Positions 50,019 to 59,317 of a DNA stretch of 64,000 bases are shown piece by piece. Below the pieces are notes generated by a model. The model saw only the letters and a list, made by a program, of their open reading frames with translations, ran no database searches and was not told the DNA's origin. Positions within the stretch are counted from its first letter, which is position 1. Each line of letters opens with the position of its first letter. This stretch comes from Candidatus Kerfeldbacteria bacterium (GTDB taxonomy: Bacteria > Patescibacteriota > Patescibacteriia > SBBC01 > CAIJZX01), in contig CAIJZX010000015.1 of the NCBI GenBank assembly GCA_903825245.1, forward strand, positions 28,564 to 92,563, in the 5' to 3' direction. A program made the position numbers and the translations under genes.

Positions 50019-50555
50019 ATGTCGTCACCAGTGTCGGCATCCGTCGTTCATCACAAACATACCTTCGGTGGAGTGACGTTACCGACAATCATCCCGCAGA
50101 AAAAAGTATCGGCAACACCCGGCGCGACGGCATGGCGCGATGCGATATTGGCACTGGTGATGGCCGCTGGTTTATCGACAGTCTTTCTTTCACCGTTCCA
50201 TATTGCTTCGACGATAAAGTCTGTACCGACTTCGGGACGAATTCTCGGTGAAGCAACAACGGTGCCGCTCCATATCGAGGTTGTGGTGTCAGATGCTGCC
50301 CAAACGAAACGTGTCACGGTCTATCCAACGACTGGCACTATTGCCCAGGCACTTGGTCAAGCCGCCGCCCAACTACAAACGTCGTTCGATTATACGAGCC
50401 GTGGCGCATCAATATACCTCGCCGATTTCGATGCATTGCCAAACGCGGTTACCGGTACGTGGACCGTTCGGGTAAACGGTGCAGCCATTACCGATCTCAG
50501 TCAACAATCTTTAGCTCAGGGCGATCAATTGACGCTTGATTATCACTCTCTATGA
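50019..50555 (+). CDS. Membrane-anchored divergent DUF4430-like protein
   Basis: TM helix; WTVRVNG..LAQGDQLTLDY. Confidence 0.6.
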   Translation: MSSPVSASVVHHKHTFGGVTLPTIIPQKKVSATPGATAWRDAILALVMAAGLSTVFLSPFHIASTIKSVPTSGRILGEATTVPLHIEVVVSDAAQTKRVTVYPTTGTIAQALGQAAAQLQTSFDYTSRGASIYLADFDALPNAVTGTWTVRVNGAAITDLSQQSLAQGDQLTLDYHSL

Positions 50556-51112
50556 AACGCTGGTCATCCTCAACATTTCTTGTCATCGGTTTAGTTATTA
50601 TCGCGGCGTTGATTCGTATCGCCCGAAATTCTGGCTGGCTTCCATTGCCTCCGAATGTTGCGCCGATTACCGCCATGGCATTACTCAGCGGTGCACTGCT
50701 TCCACGTCGCTGGACGTTTGTGGTACCTCTGTCAGCCATGCTCGTCAGTGACCTTGTCATCGGTTTCTATTCACTACCGGTGATGCTGGTTGTCTACGGC
50801 GCGTTTGCGGTCAGTAATGTGATTGGCTTGTGGCTCCGTAAACGCCAATCATTGGGTAGAATTTTTGGCGCGAGCTTACTCGGCTCCACCGTATTCTTTG
50901 TGTTGACCAACACAGCGGTATGGGCGTTTCAGGCAATGTATCCGCATTCAGTATCCGGCCTGATACAGGCCTTTGTCGCTGGATTACCATTCTTTCGTAA
51001 CACCGTGATCGGTGACCTAGGTTTCTCGGCAATATTCTTTGGTGTCTACGCTTTGGGCATGGTATACTGGCAGCGACGTTTGACACTACTAACGTCATCA
51101 ACTCATGGCTGA
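50552..51112 (+). CDS. DUF6580 family ECF S-component-like transporter (predicted cobalamin uptake)
   Basis: PNVAPITAMAL, VSDLVIGFY, FFVLTN, GLPFFRNTVIGD; riboswitch context. Confidence 0.8.
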   Translation: MKRWSSSTFLVIGLVIIAALIRIARNSGWLPLPPNVAPITAMALLSGALLPRRWTFVVPLSAMLVSDLVIGFYSLPVMLVVYGAFAVSNVIGLWLRKRQSLGRIFGASLLGSTVFFVLTNTAVWAFQAMYPHSVSGLIQAFVAGLPFFRNTVIGDLGFSAIFFGVYALGMVYWQRRLTLLTSSTHG

Positions 51113-52037
51113 CATCCGCCGCTACCAACCTCGCCGATCCTCCAATTCCGGAGGCGGGTGGGTTCGTTGGGTTGTGCTGATTGTTATGGTAATAATTGTC
51201 GCGGTAGTGGTCAAGAGTCTCATCGGTTCGAAGAAAACCCCATCGCCAGCGCGAACAACAGGGAAAGCCGCCAGTACCGGCATTGATCTGGTAACGGATA
51301 ATGCGAATTCGGCAATTAATACGGCACCGACCAATGCCGCGGTGAACGGAAACACAAATTCGACGACGAATACGAACACCGCAGTAATTGCTACATCGGG
51401 TTCATGGAAGAATTTTTCTGTTACGTCATGCTCAGCCGCGATTTCTTCGGCGGGAGTAAAAAAACAAGTAGCCTTAACGTTTGCCGTTTCAGCGGCGAAC
51501 GATCAAGTCAATCAAGTTCTTGAGGTTTTGAAAAAAGCTGCAGTGCCGGCTGACTTCTTTGTGACCGGTGCGTTCGCCGAAAAAAATCCGGCCGTGGTGA
51601 AAACAATTTCCCAAGACGGTTTTTCCGTCTACAGTCAAAGTTATGACAGTACGGACTTGACCAAGCTCACGAGCGCCGGTGTAACGAGCGCGATTACCAA
51701 AGCCGAAGCGGCTATTATTTCTGCAACCGGTATTTCACCAAAACCGATTTTTCGTCCACCATCCGGGAGCTTTACAACACAAACTGTCAAATTGCTGAAC
51801 CAAGCCGGGTATTGTGCGATACTCTGGACAGTTGATGCCTATGATTGGCAAGACGGAATCACTGCTGCGCAAGCCCAAGATCGCGTCATGACGGCGCTAG
51901 ATAAGCAATCAGGCGGCGGTATCGTAGCGCTGCATGCTGGGTATGACGTGACGCCATCGGTGGTAACAAGTCTACTCTCGACTCTGAAAACACAAGGATA
52001 TACGGTAGTCTCATTGGCGGCGATGTTAAATAAATAA
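51105..52037 (+). CDS. Polysaccharide deacetylase (NodB) fold protein, degenerate active site
   Basis: VALTF, FFVTG, FRPPSG, WTVDAYDW, LH retained; TFDDG and HxxxH lost. Confidence 0.8.
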   Translation: MADIRRYQPRRSSNSGGGWVRWVVLIVMVIIVAVVVKSLIGSKKTPSPARTTGKAASTGIDLVTDNANSAINTAPTNAAVNGNTNSTTNTNTAVIATSGSWKNFSVTSCSAAISSAGVKKQVALTFAVSAANDQVNQVLEVLKKAAVPADFFVTGAFAEKNPAVVKTISQDGFSVYSQSYDSTDLTKLTSAGVTSAITKAEAAIISATGISPKPIFRPPSGSFTTQTVKLLNQAGYCAILWTVDAYDWQDGITAAQAQDRVMTALDKQSGGGIVALHAGYDVTPSVVTSLLSTLKTQGYTVVSLAAMLNK

Positions 52038-52038
52038 C

Positions 52039-52602
52039 ATGTTCTCGGTCTCTCGGCGTGTCAGTTTTTCCATTGTCGTAGCCCTGCTATTGGGCTGGGG
52101 TATTTTTATTATTCTCTTTCTTCAATCATCAAGCGTACTTCTTTCCTCGTCTACCACCGATCAAGGGTTGACGATTCTGCCTAGCGTCCGACTAAGTGTG
52201 CAGATTGATAAACACGTGTATGCATCAGGTGATGCGGTGTTGATTGCGGTACGGAATGATAGCCGGGTGCCGATCTACGTCCAGCAAGCTGCCGATGGTT
52301 GCTCTACAAATTGGTGGTCTATCGAGCAATTGCAAGCAGATGGTGAACATTGGGAAAGTATTCTCACCACCAAGCAAACTTGTCCGACACCATCTTCGAT
52401 GATTGAGTTTCCAAAACACTCATTACGAAGTGATCAGTGGCAAGCGATAGTTCCGGGATCGATTGGTGATGTGTTAGTGGGTGCACCAAGTGGGACATAT
52501 CGAGTGGTGGTGCCGTATTTGACAGGCAAGTCTAGCGTTGCGCCTACCTGGCCGGAGAGTGGCTTTGCTACCGCAGTTTCACCGACGTTCTCTATTCAAT
52601 AG
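52039..52602 (+). CDS. Hypothetical exported Ig-like protein
   Basis: N-terminal TM; IDKHVYASGD..GTYRV. Confidence 0.65.
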   Translation: MFSVSRRVSFSIVVALLLGWGIFIILFLQSSSVLLSSSTTDQGLTILPSVRLSVQIDKHVYASGDAVLIAVRNDSRVPIYVQQAADGCSTNWWSIEQLQADGEHWESILTTKQTCPTPSSMIEFPKHSLRSDQWQAIVPGSIGDVLVGAPSGTYRVVVPYLTGKSSVAPTWPESGFATAVSPTFSIQ

Positions 52603-52707
52603 CACGGACACGCCAGCATCGATTCTTTTTCAGTACTTTTTCAGGTTGACAAGAGAATATACCCGCTCGCATACTATAGGAAATATTATCTTATTCGCTT
52701 TAAAGAT

Positions 52708-53901
52708 ATGGAAACACCAACACCTTCATCGCCGGTGAAATCGGCAAATTCAAATTTTCTCGCTACCGTTGTCGTAAGTGTAATTATCGGTGGACTAACC
52801 GGGGGTTTGGTTAGTTACAGTGTTTGGCAAACTAAGGGTGGAACCACATCTGTGTCGACAACAACCACGAAACAAGCCGTCTCGGTTCAGGAAAGTTCGG
52901 CTACTATTGATGTAGTCAAGAAAGCAAATCCGGCAGTGGTCAGCATTATTATTTCCCAAGACTACTCTAAAATTTATGGTGGTCAAACCACATCGCCATA
53001 CGACTTTTTCTTTGGTCAACAATCAGTGCCGCAGGGATTGCAAACGATCGGTAGCGGCAGCGGATTTGTGGTGTCGGCGGATGGCATGATTGTCACGAAT
53101 AAACATGTGGTCAGCGATACGACCGCGAGTTACAGCGTGGTGATGAATGACGGAAAGAAATACGATGCCAAGGTATTGGCGCTCGATCCGGTCAATGATG
53201 TGGCGGTCTTAAAGATCGATGCCAAGAATTTGCCGGTACTCACGTTCGCTGATTCAAATAGCGTGCAAATTGGTCAAGCGGTTATTGCCATCGGCAATGC
53301 CCTCGGCGAATATAAGAATACAGTGACCGAAGGTATTATCTCCGGTTCAGCCCGTTCTATCACTGCCGGTGATAGTGCGACTGGTGCTTCGGAAACAATT
53401 GACAATGTCTTTCAAACCGATGCGGCAATCAACCCGGGAAATTCCGGTGGCCCGCTTCTTGATTTAACGGGAAACGTGATCGCCATCAATACGGCGGTTA
53501 ATTCCTCGGGTCAATCGATTGGATTCGCTATTCCCGCGAACGTTGTTAGTCGTGACGTCACCAGCGTCCAGAAAGACGGGAAGATTACCGCCGCCTATCT
53601 CGGTGTTCGCTATGTGCCGATTACGCAAGCTATGGCCGATCAAAACAAACTGCCGGTCAATCAAGGCGCCTTGGTCCAAAAAGCCGATGCCCAAAACCCA
53701 GCGGTGGTTTCCGGATCGCCGGCTGACAAAGCGGGATTAGTGGAAAATGATATTATTACCGCCGTGAACGGAACGGTACTTGATGACACGCATTCGCTGG
53801 CCGGAATCCTGGCGACGTTTAGCCCTGGCGATACCGTGACCTTCACCATCTATCACGGCGGCGTCAAGAAAGACGTCAAGATTGTCCTCGGTAGTCGATA
53901 A
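52708..53901 (+). CDS. htrA: HtrA/DegP serine protease with PDZ domain
   Basis: TNKHVV, DVAVLK, QTDAAINPGNSGGP. Confidence 0.95.
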   Translation: METPTPSSPVKSANSNFLATVVVSVIIGGLTGGLVSYSVWQTKGGTTSVSTTTTKQAVSVQESSATIDVVKKANPAVVSIIISQDYSKIYGGQTTSPYDFFFGQQSVPQGLQTIGSGSGFVVSADGMIVTNKHVVSDTTASYSVVMNDGKKYDAKVLALDPVNDVAVLKIDAKNLPVLTFADSNSVQIGQAVIAIGNALGEYKNTVTEGIISGSARSITAGDSATGASETIDNVFQTDAAINPGNSGGPLLDLTGNVIAINTAVNSSGQSIGFAIPANVVSRDVTSVQKDGKITAAYLGVRYVPITQAMADQNKLPVNQGALVQKADAQNPAVVSGSPADKAGLVENDIITAVNGTVLDDTHSLAGILATFSPGDTVTFTIYHGGVKKDVKIVLGSR

Positions 53902-53912
53902 CTCGATTTGAG

Positions 53913-53945
53913 AAACTGCGCCGGAGATACCGGGGCGGTTTTTTC
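53913..53945 (+). terminator. Intrinsic terminator after htrA
   Basis: AAACTGC-GCCGG..CCGG-GGCGGTTT followed by T-run. Confidence 0.55.
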
Positions 53946-53975
53946 TTTCTCTGACTTTTCGCGTATACTGCAAGC

Positions 53976-54407
53976 ATGGATACCACATCACGAAACACCC
54001 TTATTCCTGCCTTTGCCGTGTTCCTCGTACTGGTGACGGCAATACTGTGGTGGAGTGCAAGCTTAGCATCGAAAACAAAGAACTCGAATCGTGCCATCAA
54101 TCGCAATCGTGTTGCCTGTACACAGGAGGCGAAGTTGTGCCCCGACGGGAGTTCTGTTGGCCGAACCGGGCCGAATTGTGCGTTTGCGCCATGTCCAGCC
54201 AGTACTACCAATACGGCAGTCTCGGGTGGTTGTGTGATCACCGGTTGTAGTCGGCAGGTGTGCTCGGATCATGAAGTTGTTACGACCTGCATAATGTTGC
54301 CGGAATATTCCTGTTACGCTTCAGCCACCTGTGAGCGGCAAACCGACGGACAATGTGGATGGACAACAACGACCAAGCTTCTCGATTGTCTGACATTGCC
54401 GCAATAG
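53976..54407 (+). CDS. Small Cys-rich exported protein
   Basis: ACTQEAKLCPDGSSVGRTGPNCAFAPCP motif plus GCSRQVC..GQCGW Cys cluster. Confidence 0.8.
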   Translation: MDTTSRNTLIPAFAVFLVLVTAILWWSASLASKTKNSNRAINRNRVACTQEAKLCPDGSSVGRTGPNCAFAPCPASTTNTAVSGGCVITGCSRQVCSDHEVVTTCIMLPEYSCYASATCERQTDGQCGWTTTTKLLDCLTLPQ

Positions 54408-54445
54408 TTGCCAAGGGCATCGGAATGCGGTAGGCTAACGCCACT

Positions 54446-55565
54446 ATGCAAGACTTAGTTCGTAAATTGGAGGCCCTCCGGGCGAAGATCGATTCTTCGC
54501 GGAGGTTACTTTGACCTCGATCAAAAACGCCAACAAATTAGCGAGTTAGAGGACGCGATGAATGCGCCCGAATTTTGGAACGATCGGGCAGCGGCGGAAA
54601 CAAAGAGCCGCGAACTGAAAACGCTGAAAGATGAAGTTGAGGATTGGGAGACGATCGACCAGGAAGTGCAATCGTGGATCGAGTTAGCGGTGCTGGCCGA
54701 GGAAAGTCAACGAAAAGAAGTTGAAGGCCATGTCGCGGCGCTGGAGGAGCAGTATCGAAAGTTAGAATTTACTTTGTTACTGAATGGCGAGTATGATACC
54801 TCAAATGCTATTGTCAGCATCCACGCCGGCACCGGCGGCACCGATGCTATGGATTGGGCGGAAATGCTGGCGCGGATGTTCCTGCGTTTTTGCGAACAAC
54901 GTGGCTGGAAAACGAAAGTGCTTGATGAATCGAAAGGCGGCGAAGCCGGAATAAAAAGTATGACCTTCGAAGTGGAAGGGAAGTATGCCTTTGGGTATTT
55001 GAAGAGCGAAGCCGGCGTTCACCGCTTGGTACGTATTTCGCCGTTCGATGCCGAGAAGATGCGCCATACGTCATTCGCTTTGGTGGAAGTTATTCCGGAG
55101 CTCGATGATGTCGAGGAAGTAAAAATTGATCCGAAAGATTTGCGCATTGATACATTCCTATCGTCGGGGCACGGCGGCCAGAGCGTGCAAACGACGTACT
55201 CGGCTGTTCGCGTCGTCCACTTGCCGACGAAGATCATGGTCTCAGTCCAAAACGAACGTTCGCAAACGCAGAACAAAGAAACAGCCATGAAAATTCTGAA
55301 AGCGAAATTGCACCAACTTGACCTGGAAAAGCTGGCACAAGAAAAATCTGATTTGCGCGGTGAGTACCACGAGGCCGCCTGGGGCAATCAAATTCGTTCC
55401 TACGTGCTACAACCGTACCGGATGGTCAAAGACCACCGCACCAAACAAGAAACGTCGCAGGTGGAAGATGTGCTGGCCGGTGACCTGCTGGCGTTTATGG
55501 ATGCCTATTTGAGGTGGAATAAAGCCGGCCGACCGAGGATTGTGGGGAGTGACGACAAGATTTAA
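54446..55565 (+). CDS. prfB: Peptide chain release factor 2 with programmed +1 frameshift
   Basis: GGAGG-TTA-CTT-TGA-C at 54501-54515; SPF and GGQ motifs. Confidence 0.96.
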
Positions 55566-55578
55566 TCCCTCAATTGTT

Positions 55579-56067
55579 ATGCCATATACAGAAGATGAGC
55601 TCCACGAAAAAACTCGAATCATCGCCGAGCAATATTATGGTACAGCGCAAGACCAGAATCAAATTCCGATAACCAAGGCGTCACAGCAAAAACTTCGTCA
55701 ATTACATCCAAGCGCGGTATTGTTTCAACTTATTGATGGCGAGCCGGTAAGCTGGATTGTGGTGGTGCCGACAACACGAATATTGGCTGAGCAATTTGTT
55801 CGAGGTGAAATAACAGAAAAAAACTTGTTTGATCAAACCGTGCCGAGCGAACGATATGAAGCTTTGTATTTCTGTTCCGTCTTTACCGTTCCAGATCACC
55901 AGCGGAAAGGATATGCGACCGCGCTTCTTCAGCAGGCGATTGCGGATATTCCTTTGACAAAAGATCCATACTTTTTCGGTTGGACGTTTAGTGCTGAAGG
56001 TGCGGCGATGCACCAGGCACTAACGAAAAAGTTTGGCATCACGGTTCATTTACGAACTACAACATAA
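55579..56067 (+). CDS. GNAT family N-acetyltransferase
   Basis: VFTVPDHQRKGYATALL motif A. Confidence 0.75.
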   Translation: MPYTEDELHEKTRIIAEQYYGTAQDQNQIPITKASQQKLRQLHPSAVLFQLIDGEPVSWIVVVPTTRILAEQFVRGEITEKNLFDQTVPSERYEALYFCSVFTVPDHQRKGYATALLQQAIADIPLTKDPYFFGWTFSAEGAAMHQALTKKFGITVHLRTTT

Positions 56068-56071
56068 CACT

Positions 56072-57952
56072 ATGTGCGGCATCGTCGGATACATCGGTCA
56101 AAAATCAGCAGCAGGATTCCTGATTGAAGGTTTAGAAAAGTTGGAATACCGCGGTTACGATTCAGCTGGTGTCGCCTTGCTTGATGTTGAACAAGAACCT
56201 TTGCAAATTATTAAGCACCAAGGCAAAGTGGCGGCGACGGCCGCGGCCGTCGCCGCCATCAAACCGACCGGCACGAGCGGCATTGCCCACACGCGCTGGG
56301 CGACGCACGGCGAACCGAGCGACCGCAACGCCCATCCGCACGCCGATTGCCGTGGAACAATCGCGGTCGTGCATAATGGCCAGTTAACCAACTATCAGGC
56401 GCTCAAGAAGCAATTAACGGCTCAAGGGCACACCTTCCAGTCGGACACGGACACTGAGGTATTAGCGCATCTACTGGAAGATTTTCGGAAAAACGGCGAT
56501 GATTTAGTAACGGCGGTGCAGAAAACAACGCAAGTGATTGCCGGCGGAACGTTTGCGCTGGTGGCGATTGATGCCGCGACGCCGGACACTTTAGTAGCGG
56601 CGTGCATGGGCAGTCCGCTGTACATCGGTTTAGCTGATGATGGTTTATTCCTCGCCTCAGATCATCGCGCATTCCGGGCACACACCGACAAGAGTGTCCA
56701 ATTAAAGGACGGTCAGATGGCGATTATCAATGCCGATCACACCTACCGCGTGGTAACGTTTGATAACCATCAATCGCCGCATGATATTCAACAATTGAAA
56801 TACCAACTCGAAGATATCGAAAAAGGTACGTACGCCACGTTTATGGAAAAAGAAATTGTGGAGCAACCGGACGTGGTACGCCGCGTACTCGATGGCCGTT
56901 CGACCGATGACGGCATGGTTCGTCTCGGTGGCATTGAAACGCATCCGGAATTCCAATCGTTCATCAAGAAGCAATTACATGATGTGCTGATTCTCGGTTG
57001 CGGGACGTCGCTCTATGCCGGTGAAACAGTCGCACGATTTTTCCAGGAACACGGCTACGAAGTGCAAGCGATGGATGCGGCGGAATTTGCCACCTCATCG
57101 TTCCAGGTCAAACCGACAACCTTGGTCGTACCGATGTCGCAATCCGGAACCACGGCTGACTTACTCGTAGCGATGGAAAAAGTAAAAGCCGCCGGCGCGG
57201 TAAGTTTTTCATTAGTCAATGTGCCGGGTTCGAAATTAACGTCGTATGGTACCGGAATGTATCTTCATGCCGGGCCGGAAACCGGTGTGGCGTCAACGAA
57301 GGCATTTACCGCACAAGTGTTAAGCGGTGCTTTACTTGTTTTGGCGCTGGCGCAAGAAAGCCGCCTGAACGCGCCGCACGTCGCAGCATTTACCGAGCGC
57401 GCAAAAACGTTATCGTTTGCCATTGAGAAAATTCTGGCACAATCCGACGACTATAAAAAAATCGGACAATCGCTGAAAGATGTGCCGCGCATGCTCTATA
57501 TCGGCCGCGGTTACGGATTAGCTGTGGCCAAAGAAGGCGCGTTGAAGATGATGGAAATTGCGCGGATACCGAGCCTTGGGATGTCGGCCGCGTCAATGAA
57601 GCACGGACCGATCGCGCTGGTGGACAGCGAAACGGTGGTGGTGGCGATTTGTATTCATGATCCGAAAGTACCAGAACTGTATGATCTGACTGTCAGTAAT
57701 GTTGAGCAAGTGTTAGCGCGAAAAGGACGTGTCATTATCGTAGCCGAAGAAGGGGATGATCGCGTGGCAACACTCGGACCGAATGGTCAACACCCGGAAG
57801 CAGTCATCTCTGTGCCAAAAGTGCACTACGGAATTTTGTCAGCCATCACCACGATGATTCCGTTGCAGATTCTCGCCCTAGCGGCGGCGGAAGTGCGGGG
57901 AATGAATGTCGATCAACCGATGAATCTGGCGAAATCGGTGACGGTTCTGTAA
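56072..57952 (+). CDS. glmS: Glutamine--fructose-6-phosphate transaminase
   Basis: MCGIVG, LEYRGYDSAG, HTRWATHG, VASTKAF, NLAKSVTV. Confidence 0.96.
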   Translation: MCGIVGYIGQKSAAGFLIEGLEKLEYRGYDSAGVALLDVEQEPLQIIKHQGKVAATAAAVAAIKPTGTSGIAHTRWATHGEPSDRNAHPHADCRGTIAVVHNGQLTNYQALKKQLTAQGHTFQSDTDTEVLAHLLEDFRKNGDDLVTAVQKTTQVIAGGTFALVAIDAATPDTLVAACMGSPLYIGLADDGLFLASDHRAFRAHTDKSVQLKDGQMAIINADHTYRVVTFDNHQSPHDIQQLKYQLEDIEKGTYATFMEKEIVEQPDVVRRVLDGRSTDDGMVRLGGIETHPEFQSFIKKQLHDVLILGCGTSLYAGETVARFFQEHGYEVQAMDAAEFATSSFQVKPTTLVVPMSQSGTTADLLVAMEKVKAAGAVSFSLVNVPGSKLTSYGTGMYLHAGPETGVASTKAFTAQVLSGALLVLALAQESRLNAPHVAAFTERAKTLSFAIEKILAQSDDYKKIGQSLKDVPRMLYIGRGYGLAVAKEGALKMMEIARIPSLGMSAASMKHGPIALVDSETVVVAICIHDPKVPELYDLTVSNVEQVLARKGRVIIVAEEGDDRVATLGPNGQHPEAVISVPKVHYGILSAITTMIPLQILALAAAEVRGMNVDQPMNLAKSVTVL

Positions 57953-58053
57953 GTTACTTATCATTAGTACTACAACTTGATTTTGGATGGTACTAAGAGC
58001 ATACTATGGGTGCCAAGACACCATATTAGAGATTAGAACAATTTCCGTAAGTC

Positions 58054-58707
58054 ATGTCGAATATTCGCCTAATTATCATAATTGTTATAGCAGTTGTAGG
58101 CAGCTCAGCTGCGACAGGTTTTGTTATCCATAACCAGACGAAAGCAAACGCCAACACCCAACAAACTCAGAACAATAACAGTGACACCCCGGTCATTCGT
58201 AATGTTTCTGAAAACACAAACACTTCTTTTGTAAACACGAATGTGTCACTATCGACCAATACAAACGTCGCACCGGTGGTCAATACAGTGGTGTCAGCAC
58301 AGCCGGTTGCTCCGAAACCAAAACCTAAACCAGTGCCCGTAGTCAACACCACCCCTGCCGTTGATCCAGCGATAAAAATTGAGTTGTGCAAGACAGAGGG
58401 AAACGATGCAGTAGAAAAAAAGAAAAATGACTTTGCTACGGAATTTTTAAAAGAGGTCTGTGATGGTAGTGTAGTTGGGGGTAGTCATGGACTCTGCGAA
58501 ACCGCGGACGAAGTAATGGCGCAGTTTTCGAATCCACAAGATCCGCAGTATTGGGCTGATCCAGTTACTCGGCAAAATGCAGTCGACTCTTACCTGGCAA
58601 GCCAAGCAGATCGAAGATCAAATTGGCTTTCTGGCATGATGACTGGCATGCAGCCAGTTTATAGTAGTGCATACAATCCTGCATATGAAGCGTGTTTAAA
58701 AAAATAA
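58054..58707 (+). CDS. Hypothetical exported protein with NTN and PK linker
   Basis: N-terminal TM, Asn/Thr/Pro-rich linker, Cys-containing domain. Confidence 0.7.
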   Translation: MSNIRLIIIIVIAVVGSSAATGFVIHNQTKANANTQQTQNNNSDTPVIRNVSENTNTSFVNTNVSLSTNTNVAPVVNTVVSAQPVAPKPKPKPVPVVNTTPAVDPAIKIELCKTEGNDAVEKKKNDFATEFLKEVCDGSVVGGSHGLCETADEVMAQFSNPQDPQYWADPVTRQNAVDSYLASQADRRSNWLSGMMTGMQPVYSSAYNPAYEACLKK

Positions 58708-58730
58708 TACAAAAATACACATTGACATCG

Positions 58731-59186
58731 ATGAATAATAATGATAAATATATTGCTGAAAAAATCAGCATCGATGGTCATTTAAGATATTTGGTTGAAA
58801 ATTGCCAAATCGCGCTTCAAAAGCTTGCGTCACTCAGCACAGAACTTTTAGATTGCGAACGAATAGACAGTCCCAGAGATCCTAAGCCCATAGGCGATCT
58901 GGAGAGAATGGTGAAAGACTACCTTATTATCCGTGTAACTGGCCTTTTTGATGAAAAACCATATACTGCTTCTTTTGAAGCTGTGTATAGCGATAATGTG
59001 AAATACAATAAGATTAAGAACGCGGAAATAATTCAGTATATGAAAAAAATGAGGGGTACCTTTGTAGCACATACCCACAAGAAACTTTCTTTAGGATTTC
59101 CAGATTCTAGAAAGATTCTCCAATCAGATCTAGCTCACCAACTTAAGGGTTTGTTGCAGATTTTACCATCAGGTCAAGATGCTTAG
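58731..59186 (+). CDS. Putative HEPN (AbiU2-like) protein
   Basis: IIRVTGLFD..SF and RGTFVAH (Rx5H); AT-rich. Confidence 0.55.
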   Translation: MNNNDKYIAEKISIDGHLRYLVENCQIALQKLASLSTELLDCERIDSPRDPKPIGDLERMVKDYLIIRVTGLFDEKPYTASFEAVYSDNVKYNKIKNAEIIQYMKKMRGTFVAHTHKKLSLGFPDSRKILQSDLAHQLKGLLQILPSGQDA

Positions 59187-59317
59187 AATTACGTGGTAAT
59201 GTAACACATTCTTTGACGAGCAAGACCTGGTCAACGTCGTTATTCTTCTCTAAGACTTGACGTCAAGGAATATATCGATGTAGTCTAAATCCAGATAGAT
59301 TCGGTGGCCACCTCCCT

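Noticed and set aside
54446-54557. Apparent truncation of prfB
   Set aside because: Explained by the well-known CTT-TGA-C +1 programmed frameshift, so it is neither novel nor a pseudogene.
55566-56071. glmS ribozyme
   Set aside because: The region is occupied by a GNAT gene and no ribozyme core was recognised.
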